From contig OY729431.1 of assembly GCA_963422395.1 (NCBI GenBank), positions 192,001-256,000 of the forward strand: a stretch of 64,000 nt of DNA. The letters run 5' to 3'. Of this stretch, positions 18,401 through 26,189 are shown piece by piece. Positions within the stretch are counted from its first letter, which is position 1, and each line of letters begins with the position of its first letter. Source of the stretch: Vicinamibacteria bacterium. GTDB taxonomy: Bacteria > Acidobacteriota > Vicinamibacteria > Marinacidobacterales > Marinacidobacteraceae. The notes beneath the pieces were generated by a model that was given only the letters and a program-made list of their open reading frames with translations, ran no database searches and had not been told where the DNA came from. A program made the position numbers and the translations under genes.

Positions 18401-21379
18401 CGGGTGGTCGCCCAGAAGAAGTCCGGCTCGACGGTGAAGATCGATGGGGTCCCGGACACGCTCAACCTCCGCCCGGGCGAGACCCGCGACGAGGACTTCA
18501 CCGTCCAGCCGGCGGCGGCGGTCACCCGCGTCGCGGCGATCGGCTCGGCCGCCGCGATGCTGACCGCTTCGCTGCCGGACAACGACGGCGGCGCCCGCCG
18601 GCTGCGGATCGCGGGCGAGCAGAACCGGTCTCGCAAAGACAGAGAAGCGGTGGTGACCGTCACCGCTGAGCTCGCGCTCGACGACGGTTCGACGGCCAGG
18701 GACTCGGCGGAGCAGACCGTCACCCTCGAACCGGACCCCTGGATCACCCTGCGCCGGGGGCCCAGGATCGAATTCGAGCCCGAAGGGGGCGTCCACTACA
18801 TCCGGCTCGACTACGGCCCCAAGCTCTCCGACCGTACCTCCCGCTTCGAAGTCGTTATCGCTTCCGGGGATGCGGCGAGCACTGCGTCGGTGAGCATCGA
18901 CCAGTACGGCGCCGGCGGCCGGAAGCTCGACGACGCCCTGCGGTTGGTCCTGAACGACAACCGAAGCGGCCGGCAGCAGCTCAGCGGCAGTGTCCGGGTG
19001 TGGCACCGACAGACCTACCAGGGCACGACCATTCGGCGGAGCGCCTCCGCCGACCTCCTGGTCACCGTGAAGCCCGGCGAGAAATCGCCGAAGGGGCCGG
19101 GAATCCACGACCTGCCCGGGAAGGAGGAAGTCGCCGTCGGCGAGACGAAGACCGTGACCTACGAGATCGAGGTCGCGGGCGGGGTGGAGAACCTGACCGC
19201 CGGGAACCTCGCCGTCAGCGTTCCGGTGGGCGCCCACCGGGTAACCGTCCAGCCCGACCCGGCGCCGGCGAAGGGAGCTACCCGCAGCTTCCGGGTGACC
19301 GGTGTCCAGGCCGGGAGCGCGACGGTGACCGTGACGCTGACCGACAACGAAGGGCAGCAGGTCTCCGAGGATTGCGTCGTCGAAGTGACCGGGCCCGCCG
19401 CCCCCTCCTGCTCCGGCCTGCCGGAGCGGGTCACCTTGACCCCGGGCGTCTCGCGGCGGCTGGCCTTCACGGTGGCGAACGCTTCTTCGGTCGCTGCCGC
19501 CGCCTCGAACGCCAATGTCTGGGTCGACCAGATCTACAGGAGCGGGGCGAACCGCTCGTTCTACCTGAGATGGAAGAAGGCCGGGAGCGCGACGGTGACC
19601 GTCACCGTCACCGGTGCGGGCGGCCGCGACACCTGCCTGATCGCGGTCACGCTCGAGCCGCGGACCGGCCCCTCCTGCTCCGGCCTGCCGGAGCGGGTCA
19701 CCCTGGCCCCGGACGAATCGCGGCGGCTGGCCTTCACGGTGTCGAACGCGGCTTCGGTCGCTGCCGCCGCCTCGAACAGCGATGTCCAGGTCGGCCAGAT
19801 TTACGGGAGCGGGGCGAACCGCTCGTTCTATCTGGACTGGAAGCGGGCCGGGAGCGCGTGGGTGACCGTGCGCGTCGCCGGTGCGGGCGGCCAGGTCGTG
19901 AGCTGCCGGATCGAGGTCACGTTGTCGCCGCGCCCGATCGATCTGCCGTCGAGCGACACCCTCCGGGTCGGCCAGAGCCGGACCTATTCCATCACCGTGG
20001 CGTCCCGGCGGCAGCTGCGGGTCGAGACCTCGAAGAGCGGCATCGTCAGGGCGTCGCTCAGAGGGGGGACCGGCGACACCCGGCGGCTCACGGTGGAGGC
20101 GCTCGCGGTGGGAGTGGTGGATGTGACCGTAACCGCCGCCGGCATCCGGGGCGGGGATCCGAGTTCCGACACCGTCACGATCACCGTCGAAAAGGCGGTG
20201 CTGCACGCCGAGATCAGCGGCCTCAAGGGCTCGTTCGAAATGGATGTCGGCGAGACCGACTCCGACAGCTTCACGGTGCGGAACACTTCGGGCGTGTCGG
20301 TGTCCTCTGCCGCCAGGAGCATCGCCACCGCCAGCGTGTCCGGCTCCGGCAGCTCGCGGACCCTGCGCGTCACCGGGAAGAAGAGGGGCCGTACCACGGT
20401 GACGGTCACCGCCGCCGGAACCGGCGGCGGCCGCCCCGCCGAAGAAGATCGGGATGTGGAGGTCACCACCGCGGCGGTGCCGGACGCCGAGATCAGCGGC
20501 CTCGATACCTCGGTCACTCTGGATGTGGACGAGACCGACTCCGACAGATTCACGGTTCGGAACACTTCGGGCGTGTCGGTGTCCTCTGCCGCCAGGAGCA
20601 TCGCCACCGCCAGCGTGTCGGGCTCCGGCAGCTCGCGGACCCTGCGCGTCACCGGGAAGGCGGGGGGCCGGACCACGGTGACGGTCACCGCCCGCGGGAG
20701 GAGCGGCGGGGAGGACGCCGAGGAGGATGTGGATGTGACCGTGAACGCGCCGACGGTGTTGGATGCCGAGATCAGAGGCCTCGTTTCCAGGCTGCCGGCG
20801 ATGGATGTCGGCGAGAGCGAAACCGATGGATTCACGATTCGGAACGCCTCGCGGGTGACGGTGCACGGATGGGACCGCGACATCGCCCGCGCCAGCTTGT
20901 CCGGCTCCGGCAGCTCGCGGACCCTGCGGGTTACCGGGGTGTCGGCGGGCGATACGACGGTGACCGTCACTGCCTACGGGAAGAACGGAGGCGCGAACGC
21001 GGCGAAGGATGTGGAGGTGACCGTCAACCCGCCGCCGAACCCGCCGCCGACGCTCACCGCTCTCTCGTCCGCGTACGCGCTGAAGACCTACCCGGACAGC
21101 GGCTACTCCATCACCGAGTACTACTCGGTGTCCCCGACTTCCACCACGGTGAGCGTGTCGAGCTCGAACACCTCGCTCGTCAAGATTCGGCAGAACGACA
21201 CCACGGGAACGACTCGTAACTTCTCCGTGTGGGCGGCGGGCCAACGTACCGGCAGGGCCACGGTGACGGTCACCGCCCGCGCCAACGGGAAGACGACCAC
21301 GAGGCGGATCCTGGCCACCGTGGCGAAGCCGGGGACTCCCGATCCCGATCCCGATCCCGATCCCGATCCGATCGCCTGA
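15488..21379 (+). CDS. Tail tip / central fibre protein with FN3 and multiple Ig-like domains
   Basis: 1963 aa. N-terminal PRRVIVGRARVG, ENPAA and RFRCGG (tail-tip-like); FN3-like PPPENL...WDPP and PPAVPENLTA...VTWKPP; many Thr/Val-rich Ig-like units (G.ATVTVT); terminal DP repeat. Confidence 0.85.
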   Translation: MGFWASLFSWGTLQSALIAAAISVGTRVAYHLLSDKKGLDPRERERWQPQTPRSPAEVPRRVIVGRARVGAINVWYRVDRAAGALHSLWIVADADEADNQLGIVEVEVDSYRVPLAAADADPLHPVGANRREEIGARGGDLDVVFDGSGEQIGNTRLREAGFEPSGLDAPNTIEGVAWLLVTQRNPLEGSWKNRGLPEVFATVQRVRKGGDGSAQENPAALAGWWLARHSVNTDAASLAAAEAACAEMIVNGDGQAVARFRCGGMIESIDPFWRVVRAFEEAMDGRILIGGDGLARFYAGVASPPTAFLIEDTVGAPTVQHEGRRREQRNILRARIRAHSDPRRRGAEVTVERRVETSIEKIGEWAHDAGFLRLVAHEGQARRLLASQLRRSQRPIVVAATLPETFDTVRMRAWQRGSVHLDALGARGPFRLLADPKWNRRAGTVAVELIEDPTALYSDSEDATLSPRNEPSEEYELPPPENLRADADAVVQHDGTVSVQTEVEWDPPPKLARWVLLQLRRPPSTVWGDGYSGPAAGPALLTYTPPGQALALRARFFDPRGRRSEWSKVLSFTPGGDLQPPAVPENLTAEPLSDTTALVTWKPPPDPDYARAELFAAEADAAAPDAEDAAAPRAGDSGNAGEGIQQGVLTLETGAAFVWARALDHSGNKSAWIGPVLARAKPPATEVDVQILYRRSRIRPQPPPDLPLDQISQTDWMADFNSVGALTVGVSLWQANRTVLLSRAAAGADPRVLSRSAWQVSLAVSAPSLEDKVEPGNQRAFSNQAAKPVKPIYQPGEDDGWAVGGPLTKWTDQASGVLWYGNDRCDGTGDAKWVVHRTATKTQELIEGDEYTPPQHDATPWSEVESYTRSGPGPQPQPKDLPEILVGETKTFTVGENPFADAADSDETAPDPSVSVTIERESTATATVSTAWQNDILELSITGGSVGVLVVRVTISAPQSGRLDEVSSFRVRVVAQKKSGSTVKIDGVPDTLNLRPGETRDEDFTVQPAAAVTRVAAIGSAAAMLTASLPDNDGGARRLRIAGEQNRSRKDREAVVTVTAELALDDGSTARDSAEQTVTLEPDPWITLRRGPRIEFEPEGGVHYIRLDYGPKLSDRTSRFEVVIASGDAASTASVSIDQYGAGGRKLDDALRLVLNDNRSGRQQLSGSVRVWHRQTYQGTTIRRSASADLLVTVKPGEKSPKGPGIHDLPGKEEVAVGETKTVTYEIEVAGGVENLTAGNLAVSVPVGAHRVTVQPDPAPAKGATRSFRVTGVQAGSATVTVTLTDNEGQQVSEDCVVEVTGPAAPSCSGLPERVTLTPGVSRRLAFTVANASSVAAAASNANVWVDQIYRSGANRSFYLRWKKAGSATVTVTVTGAGGRDTCLIAVTLEPRTGPSCSGLPERVTLAPDESRRLAFTVSNAASVAAAASNSDVQVGQIYGSGANRSFYLDWKRAGSAWVTVRVAGAGGQVVSCRIEVTLSPRPIDLPSSDTLRVGQSRTYSITVASRRQLRVETSKSGIVRASLRGGTGDTRRLTVEALAVGVVDVTVTAAGIRGGDPSSDTVTITVEKAVLHAEISGLKGSFEMDVGETDSDSFTVRNTSGVSVSSAARSIATASVSGSGSSRTLRVTGKKRGRTTVTVTAAGTGGGRPAEEDRDVEVTTAAVPDAEISGLDTSVTLDVDETDSDRFTVRNTSGVSVSSAARSIATASVSGSGSSRTLRVTGKAGGRTTVTVTARGRSGGEDAEEDVDVTVNAPTVLDAEIRGLVSRLPAMDVGESETDGFTIRNASRVTVHGWDRDIARASLSGSGSSRTLRVTGVSAGDTTVTVTAYGKNGGANAAKDVEVTVNPPPNPPPTLTALSSAYALKTYPDSGYSITEYYSVSPTSTTVSVSSSNTSLVKIRQNDTTGTTRNFSVWAAGQRTGRATVTVTARANGKTTTRRILATVAKPGTPDPDPDPDPDPIA
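19406..19925 (+). repeat. Tandem duplication of an Ig-like module (2 copies, 267-bp period)
   Basis: SCSGLPERVTL...SGANRSFYL.WK.AGSA...C.I.VTL starting at 19406 and 19673. Confidence 0.9.
20207..21030 (+). repeat. Tandem triplication of a second Ig-like module (279-bp period)
   Basis: AEI.GL...DV.E...D.FT.RN...SGSGSSRTLRVTG...TTVTVTA at 20207, 20486 and 20765. Segments 20270-20380 and 20549-20659 differ at only 2 positions. Confidence 0.9.
21338..21367 (+). repeat. (CCCGAT)5 microsatellite encoding a Pro-Asp tail
   Basis: Read directly from the sequence at the end of the tail-tip gene. Confidence 0.85.
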
Positions 21380-21421
21380 TCCGGGGCGGCGGCGGGCCGG
21401 GGGGCATCGAGGGGGAGGGGC

Positions 21422-21742
21422 ATGGCGCGCGCTCCCCGCTGGCGGCGCGATCCGTCGGCGCGCGTCCGGCGCCCGGCGCGGCAGCCCGCCTCGAAGCGCG
21501 GTTACGGCCGCGACTGGCGCCCGCTGCGCGACGAGGTCCTCGCCGCCGAGCCGCTCTGCCGCCGCTGCCGGGCGGCAGGGCGCACCGCCGCCGCCGAGCT
21601 GGTGGACCATGTGATCCCCGTCGAGATCGCCCCCCAGCGCCGGCTCGACCCGAAGAACCTGCAGCCGCTCTGCCGTCCCTGTCACGGCGAGAAGACCGCC
21701 GAGGACCGCGCCCGGTATCGGCAGGAGATCGCCGGATGGTGA
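21422..21742 (+). CDS. HNH endonuclease (HK97 gp74-like terminase accessory)
   Basis: KRGYGRDW..LR..VL..EPLCRRC...VDHVIP......D..NLQPLCRPCH.EKT. Confidence 0.92.
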   Translation: MARAPRWRRDPSARVRRPARQPASKRGYGRDWRPLRDEVLAAEPLCRRCRAAGRTAAAELVDHVIPVEIAPQRRLDPKNLQPLCRPCHGEKTAEDRARYRQEIAGW

Positions 21743-21924
21743 AACAATGTTCGGGTGGAGAACGGACGGCGGCGGTGGACCGGGGAGACAGCTGAAGGGC
21801 GGGGGATCGGAGTGCGTTTCCGGTTCGATCCAGGCGGTTCGTTTGCGCGCGCGCGCCCTTGTGTTTGCTCCCGAAATGTTTCGGTAGGGCGCGGAGCGGT
21901 GGTTGGGGTCCGGTGGGCTGCTAA

Positions 21925-23712
21925 ATGAAGGGAAATAGGGGGGTTTCGGTGAAGTCTGAGCTGGGCGCGGCGGCGGATGGGGCGTCAGCCACCCCCAGAA
22001 ATCAGCCCCTCACTCTCTTCGGGGGCGCAGTTCCGCCGGCCTCTTCTCCGGACGAAACACCCGCACTTCCGGCAGCGGAGCCTCCGTTGTCGGAACGCCC
22101 CGATCCTTCGGAGAGCTTCGGGCCAGAGAGGGGAAAGCTGGAGGGTGGAGAGCTGGAGGGAGAGCCGGAAGAGGGAAAGCCTGAGATAGAACCAGAGCCA
22201 GGAATGGCCGCCCCAGACGCCGGCGCGGCGCCGGTGGTCGAGTCCGTGGTCGAGCCCGCTGCCACCGGCGCCGCGAAACCGAAACGGCCGTCCCCTGAGG
22301 CCGCCCCGCACCCGGAAAGCCCTTCCGTATCCGATTACCAGGTGCTCGCACTGCGCTATCGGCCGCAGACTTTCGCCGACCTGGTGGGCCAGGAAGCGAT
22401 CGCGCGCACCCTCCAGAATGCGATCCGCAAGGGTCGGATATGGCATGCCTTCCTCTTCGCCGGACCGCGGGGCGTGGGCAAGACGACCACTGCCCGGATC
22501 CTCGCCAAGGCGCTCAACTGCTCCGAGACCGGCGGTCCGAATCCGGAACCCTGTGGTGTCTGCCCCTCCTGCCGGGAGATCGCCGGCGGTTACTCCCGGG
22601 ATGTCCCCGAGATAGACGGGGCGAGCAACAACAGCGTGGAGAAGGCGCGGGAGATCATCGAGACCGCCCACTACACCCCGGTCCGCGACCGATTCAAGAT
22701 CTTCCTCGTGGACGAAGTCCACATGCTGAGCAGCGGAGCGTTCAATGCACTGCTCAAAACCCTCGAAGAGCCTCCCGGTCATGTGAAGTTCCTCTTCGCC
22801 ACCACCGAGATCCACAAGATTCCCGACACCATCCTCTCCCGCTGCCAGGAGTTCGAATTCCGGGCGGTGCCGCAGCGCGCGGTGGTGGACCGGCTCCGCC
22901 ACATCGTGGACGACCAGGAGTTCGGGATCGAGCCGGAGGCGCTGGCGCAGATCGCCCGATTCGGCCAGGGCAGTTTGCGCGATGCGGTGTCGGCGCTCGA
23001 TCAGGTGATCGCCGCGGTGGACGGCACGGTGAGCGCCGGCGATGTCAGCGAAGTGCTCGGCGTTCCGGATGTCGCGATGTGTCGGCGAACCGCCGAGGCG
23101 ATCCAGCGGGGAGACCGCCGGGCGGTGTTCGAGGTCGTGGAGGAACTCGTCGTCGAAGGGCGGGACCTCAAACACTTCGTGACCCTGCTCATGCATTACC
23201 TGCGCGATGTAGTGGTCGCCCGGGTGGCTGCTGACAGCCCGGATCTCCTCGAGTGGCCCGGCGAGCGCGATCAGCTCGCCAGCTTCGCGGAGAAGTTCAG
23301 CGAGGAGGATCTGCTCCGCAGTCTCGATGTCCTCACGAGGAGCGAGGAGGGGCTTCGCTGGTCTCCCGAACCGCGTTTCCACCTCGAGATGGCCCTTCTC
23401 AAACTGGTGGAAATGCCGCGCCTCGCGGCTTTCGACCGACTTCTCGAAACGCTCGACCAGTCCTCGGAACCCGCTGCCGCAACGAAATCCGTGCCGCCTC
23501 CCGGGCTTGCGCAGCGGGGGACCCCAGACCTCCGGGACTCCCGGCCGCCCCCGCCGGCAGTCGTCGACGAGTATCAGAAGACCTTCGGAGGCACTATCGT
23601 TTCCACGAAACCGCCGCCTGCTCCGCACCGTCTCGCCGGGGCGGACGATCCGTCGGGCGGCGACGGACACGGCCCGGACCGCGGTCACCCGAGCGCTGGA
23701 GGAAGAAGATGA
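21925..23712 (+). CDS. dnaX: DNA polymerase III subunit gamma/tau
   Basis: YQVLALRYRPQTF, GPRGVGKTT, zinc-binding Cys cluster, IDGASN, DEVHML and SRC. Start uncertain because of a long acidic Pro-rich leader (alternative ATG 22203). Confidence 0.96.
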   Translation: MKGNRGVSVKSELGAAADGASATPRNQPLTLFGGAVPPASSPDETPALPAAEPPLSERPDPSESFGPERGKLEGGELEGEPEEGKPEIEPEPGMAAPDAGAAPVVESVVEPAATGAAKPKRPSPEAAPHPESPSVSDYQVLALRYRPQTFADLVGQEAIARTLQNAIRKGRIWHAFLFAGPRGVGKTTTARILAKALNCSETGGPNPEPCGVCPSCREIAGGYSRDVPEIDGASNNSVEKAREIIETAHYTPVRDRFKIFLVDEVHMLSSGAFNALLKTLEEPPGHVKFLFATTEIHKIPDTILSRCQEFEFRAVPQRAVVDRLRHIVDDQEFGIEPEALAQIARFGQGSLRDAVSALDQVIAAVDGTVSAGDVSEVLGVPDVAMCRRTAEAIQRGDRRAVFEVVEELVVEGRDLKHFVTLLMHYLRDVVVARVAADSPDLLEWPGERDQLASFAEKFSEEDLLRSLDVLTRSEEGLRWSPEPRFHLEMALLKLVEMPRLAAFDRLLETLDQSSEPAAATKSVPPPGLAQRGTPDLRDSRPPPPAVVDEYQKTFGGTIVSTKPPPAPHRLAGADDPSGGDGHGPDRGHPSAGGRR

Positions 23713-24014
23713 TCTCGAAGTTCATTCAGGCCACGAAACAGATGGGCCAGCTGCGCAAGTTGAAGCGGCAGCTGGAGTCCCTCGAGAGCGAGGGGGCGGC
23801 CGGCGCCGGCATGGTCCGGGTGCGGATGAACGGAGCCCGGCTGGTGCGCCGGGTGACGATCGACCCGGAAGTCGTGAAGGGCGGTGATGTGGAGCTTCTC
23901 GAGGATCTGGTGAAAGCGGCGGTCAACGACGCTTCCCGGAAGGTCGATCAGCAACTGCAGGCGCAGCTCGCTTCGGCGGAAGAGTTGGGACGATCGGTGG
24001 CCGGCCGCCGATGA
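23709..24014 (+). CDS. ybaB: YbaB/EbfC nucleoid-associated protein
   Basis: EGAAGAGMVRV.MNG...IDPEV....DVELLEDLVKAAVNDA; ATGA overlaps with dnaX and recR. Confidence 0.93.
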   Translation: MISKFIQATKQMGQLRKLKRQLESLESEGAAGAGMVRVRMNGARLVRRVTIDPEVVKGGDVELLEDLVKAAVNDASRKVDQQLQAQLASAEELGRSVAGRR

Positions 24015-24610
24015 ACGGCCTGCCGGAGCCACTCGTCGAGCTCATCGACGAGCTGAAGCGGCTCCCCGGCATCGGGGAAAAGTCGGCGCAACGGATCGCC
24101 TTCCACTTGCTTCGGGCGAGCCCGGAACGCGCCCGCTCCCTCGGCGGGGCCGCCGCCGCGCTCCACGAGCAGGTTTCTCGTTGCGATGTCTGCGGCAATG
24201 TCACCGATGTCCAGCCGTGCGTTTTCTGTCGCGATCCGGGTCGCAGCGACCGCGTCCTCTGTGTCGTCGAGGACCCCGCGGACATCGACGCGGTCGAAAA
24301 GGCCGGTGCGTTCACCGGTCGCTACCATGTTCTCGCTGGGAATGCCCTTCCGCGCCAGACCTCCGAAAGCGACGACCGGCGGCTCGCGGCACTGGTGCAC
24401 CGCGTCCGCGAGGGCCGGTTCGAGGAAGTGATCGTGGCCACGAATCCCACCCACGACGGGGAAGCTGCCGCTGCCTGGCTCGCCCACCTGCTGAAGCCCG
24501 AGGGCATTCGGGTGACCCGGATCGGGATTGGCATCCCGATGGGCAGCGAGATCATCCACACCGACCAGACCACCATGGCCGAGGCCCTCCAGCATCGCAG
24601 CACACTCTGA
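24011..24610 (+). CDS. recR: Recombination mediator RecR
   Basis: LKRLPGIGEKSAQRIAFHLL, C4 zinc finger and TOPRIM VVE...EVIVATNPT.DGE. Confidence 0.96.
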   Translation: MNGLPEPLVELIDELKRLPGIGEKSAQRIAFHLLRASPERARSLGGAAAALHEQVSRCDVCGNVTDVQPCVFCRDPGRSDRVLCVVEDPADIDAVEKAGAFTGRYHVLAGNALPRQTSESDDRRLAALVHRVREGRFEEVIVATNPTHDGEAAAAWLAHLLKPEGIRVTRIGIGIPMGSEIIHTDQTTMAEALQHRSTL

Positions 24611-24863
24611 CCGATCAGGGAGCGCTGCCGAGCGGCTTCGCTCGCCCATCTTTTTCATTTGCGGTGTCGGGGCTGCATCGGGTTGCTGAAGCTGGGAATG
24701 CGCCCAACGCGAGCAGGGTGATCGACCTGCCGGTGCTGACTGTCATACCTCACCAAGTCGGAATGTGAGCACATCGGTGAACTCGGATCGACGCATTCTG
24801 GGGAGAGGAAAGCCGCGGGCCGGGATATGCTCCCCGGCCCTTGCGGCGAGCGCCCGTTTGCGA

Positions 24864-24935
24864 TCCACGGTAGCTCAATGGCAGAGCAGCGGACTGTTAA
24901 TCCGTTGGTTGTAGGTTCAAGTCCTACCCGTGGAG
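24864..24935 (+). tRNA. tRNA-Asn (GTT)
   Basis: Acceptor TCCACGG/CCGTGGA, D arm GCTC..GAGC, anticodon loop CTGTTAA, T loop TTCAAGT; CCA not encoded. Confidence 0.96.
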
Positions 24936-25025
24936 CCGGGCGCCAGCGACCCGCTGGGAGAAACGCACTCCAGCGTGGGGACGAAACCACCGCCGCCGGT
25001 TTTTCGGAGTGGATGCCCGGAACCG

Positions 25026-26117
25026 ATGCGCCGCCCCGACCCCCCGCCGTCCCGCCCTCCTGCCGCTCCGATCTTGGCGGCCTCGATCTTGGCGGCCTCG
25101 ATCTTGGCGGCCTCGGTCCTGGCGGTTCCGGCAGCGGGGGAAGAGACCGCCCCGCCAGCGGCGGAAGAGACCTGTCCGGCCCCCGCGCAGGATGCTCCCG
25201 TCCCCGACCCGAAGCCGCTCGTGGATGTCCACTTCCGGCTGCGGGGGCGCTTTCTCGACGAACTCGCAGACCTCGGCGACACTCAGGTCCAGCGCCTTTC
25301 CGCCTGGACGGACACGACGATCGGTGACCGCATCCGGGCTCGCGCCACCTACGACTTCGGCGCGGTCCGCATCCACGACCTCTGGATCCAGTACGACATC
25401 GGCGGGGGGCTGCGCCTCCGGGCCGGCCGCAGCTCGCCGCTCTGGCTCGCCGAGTTCACCGACGCGCCCCATGCGGTCCAGATGGTCGGCGCCGCAGTCG
25501 GCGCGGCGCTCACCCGGCCGCGCGAGACGGGTGTCTTCTGGTTCTTCGACCGGGGGCCCTACAACGCCCGATTGCACTTCGTGAACGGAAGCGGCTGGGA
25601 GGCGGACGGCAACCGCCGGAAGGATGTGCTGGCGAGCGCCGGCCGCTCCTTCGACGCCCTCGGGGCTTCCTGGAAACTGGACGCTGGCCACTACGATGGG
25701 CGCGACGGTCCGGACGGCGCGCTGATCCCCAGGCGGCAAACGGGTTTCCACCTCGACGGCGGATTCGAGCCCGGCCGCTTCTTCTTCCGCGGGGCGGCTT
25801 TTCGGCGCGAACAGGACGGCCGGAAGCATTTCGGCGGTTTCGCCCGCATCCGCAAGCGGTTTCCCCAAGGGCTCTGGGGGGCGTTGGAGTTCGGTTCGGA
25901 ATCGAATCGGGGATCCGAAGAAGCCGGATTCGAAGAGGACCGACCCGAAGACTCCGGCCGCGCCAGCTATTGGATCGTCGGGACCCGCTACGAGCTTCCC
26001 TGGACGCTCACCTATCTGGCGGCCGACTACCGCCGCCGCTTCGGCACGGTCTCCGACCACGAAGTCCTTCTCGTCTTCCAGTGGATTCTCGACTTCCGGA
26101 ATCCGCGGCGGAACTGA
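25026..26117 (+). CDS. Outer-membrane porin (OprO/OprP-like)
   Basis: Signal-like N-terminus, beta-strand pattern IHDLWIQY...LRLRAGR, RETGV, NGSG...DGNRRKD, and C-terminal LVFQW. Confidence 0.6.
   Translation: MRRPDPPPSRPPAAPILAASILAASILAASVLAVPAAGEETAPPAAEETCPAPAQDAPVPDPKPLVDVHFRLRGRFLDELADLGDTQVQRLSAWTDTTIGDRIRARATYDFGAVRIHDLWIQYDIGGGLRLRAGRSSPLWLAEFTDAPHAVQMVGAAVGAALTRPRETGVFWFFDRGPYNARLHFVNGSGWEADGNRRKDVLASAGRSFDALGASWKLDAGHYDGRDGPDGALIPRRQTGFHLDGGFEPGRFFFRGAAFRREQDGRKHFGGFARIRKRFPQGLWGALEFGSESNRGSEEAGFEEDRPEDSGRASYWIVGTRYELPWTLTYLAADYRRRFGTVSDHEVLLVFQWILDFRNPRRN
25070..25114 (+). repeat. Three perfect 15-bp tandem repeats GATCTTGGCGGCCTC (ILAAS) in the signal region
   Basis: Read directly; a fourth degenerate unit follows. 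Confidence 0.9.
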
Positions 26118-26189
26118 ACTTCCGCCCGCTTCCATCGTTCCGTTTCTTTTCTTCCGACTACTCCCGAATCGTCCCAGGAGGCGTTCCGC

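Larger units (their letters stand above)
1..21742. mobile_element. Phage-derived virion gene cluster (prophage, cryptic prophage or GTA-like element), truncated at the left window edge
   Basis: About 20 contiguous ORFs with siphovirus head, neck, tail and lysis motifs. The right end abuts dnaX. No integrase or att site recognised in the window. Confidence 0.9.

Noticed and set aside
19406-21030. Possible diversity-generating retroelement template/variable repeats in the tail-tip gene
   Set aside because: Repeats are tandem in-frame domain copies, mismatches are not adenine-specific, and no reverse transcriptase is in the window.
15647-21685. Very long antisense ORFs (also 12532..15564, 44748..49736, 57364..60363 and the 5' part of 5002..8259)
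   Set aside because: Shadow frames of real genes in high-GC DNA: low-complexity Arg/Gly/Ala/Pro translations with no motifs.
1-21742. Tailocin or contractile injection system
   Set aside because: Full head and packaging genes are present, and no sheath or contractile baseplate genes are seen.
23400-23712. Programmed frameshift giving gamma/tau forms of DnaX
   Set aside because: No A-run slippery site seen, and the ORF ends in an ATGA overlap with ybaB.
24615-24746. 43-codon minus-strand ORF (MTVSTGRSITLLALGAF...) or an SRP RNA between recR and the tRNA
   Set aside because: Too short with no recognisable motif, and no SRP helix-8 consensus seen; left unannotated.
24864-24935. tRNA-Asn as the integration site of the phage-like element
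   Set aside because: It is separated from the element by dnaX-ybaB-recR, and no duplicated tRNA 3' end or integrase was found in the window.
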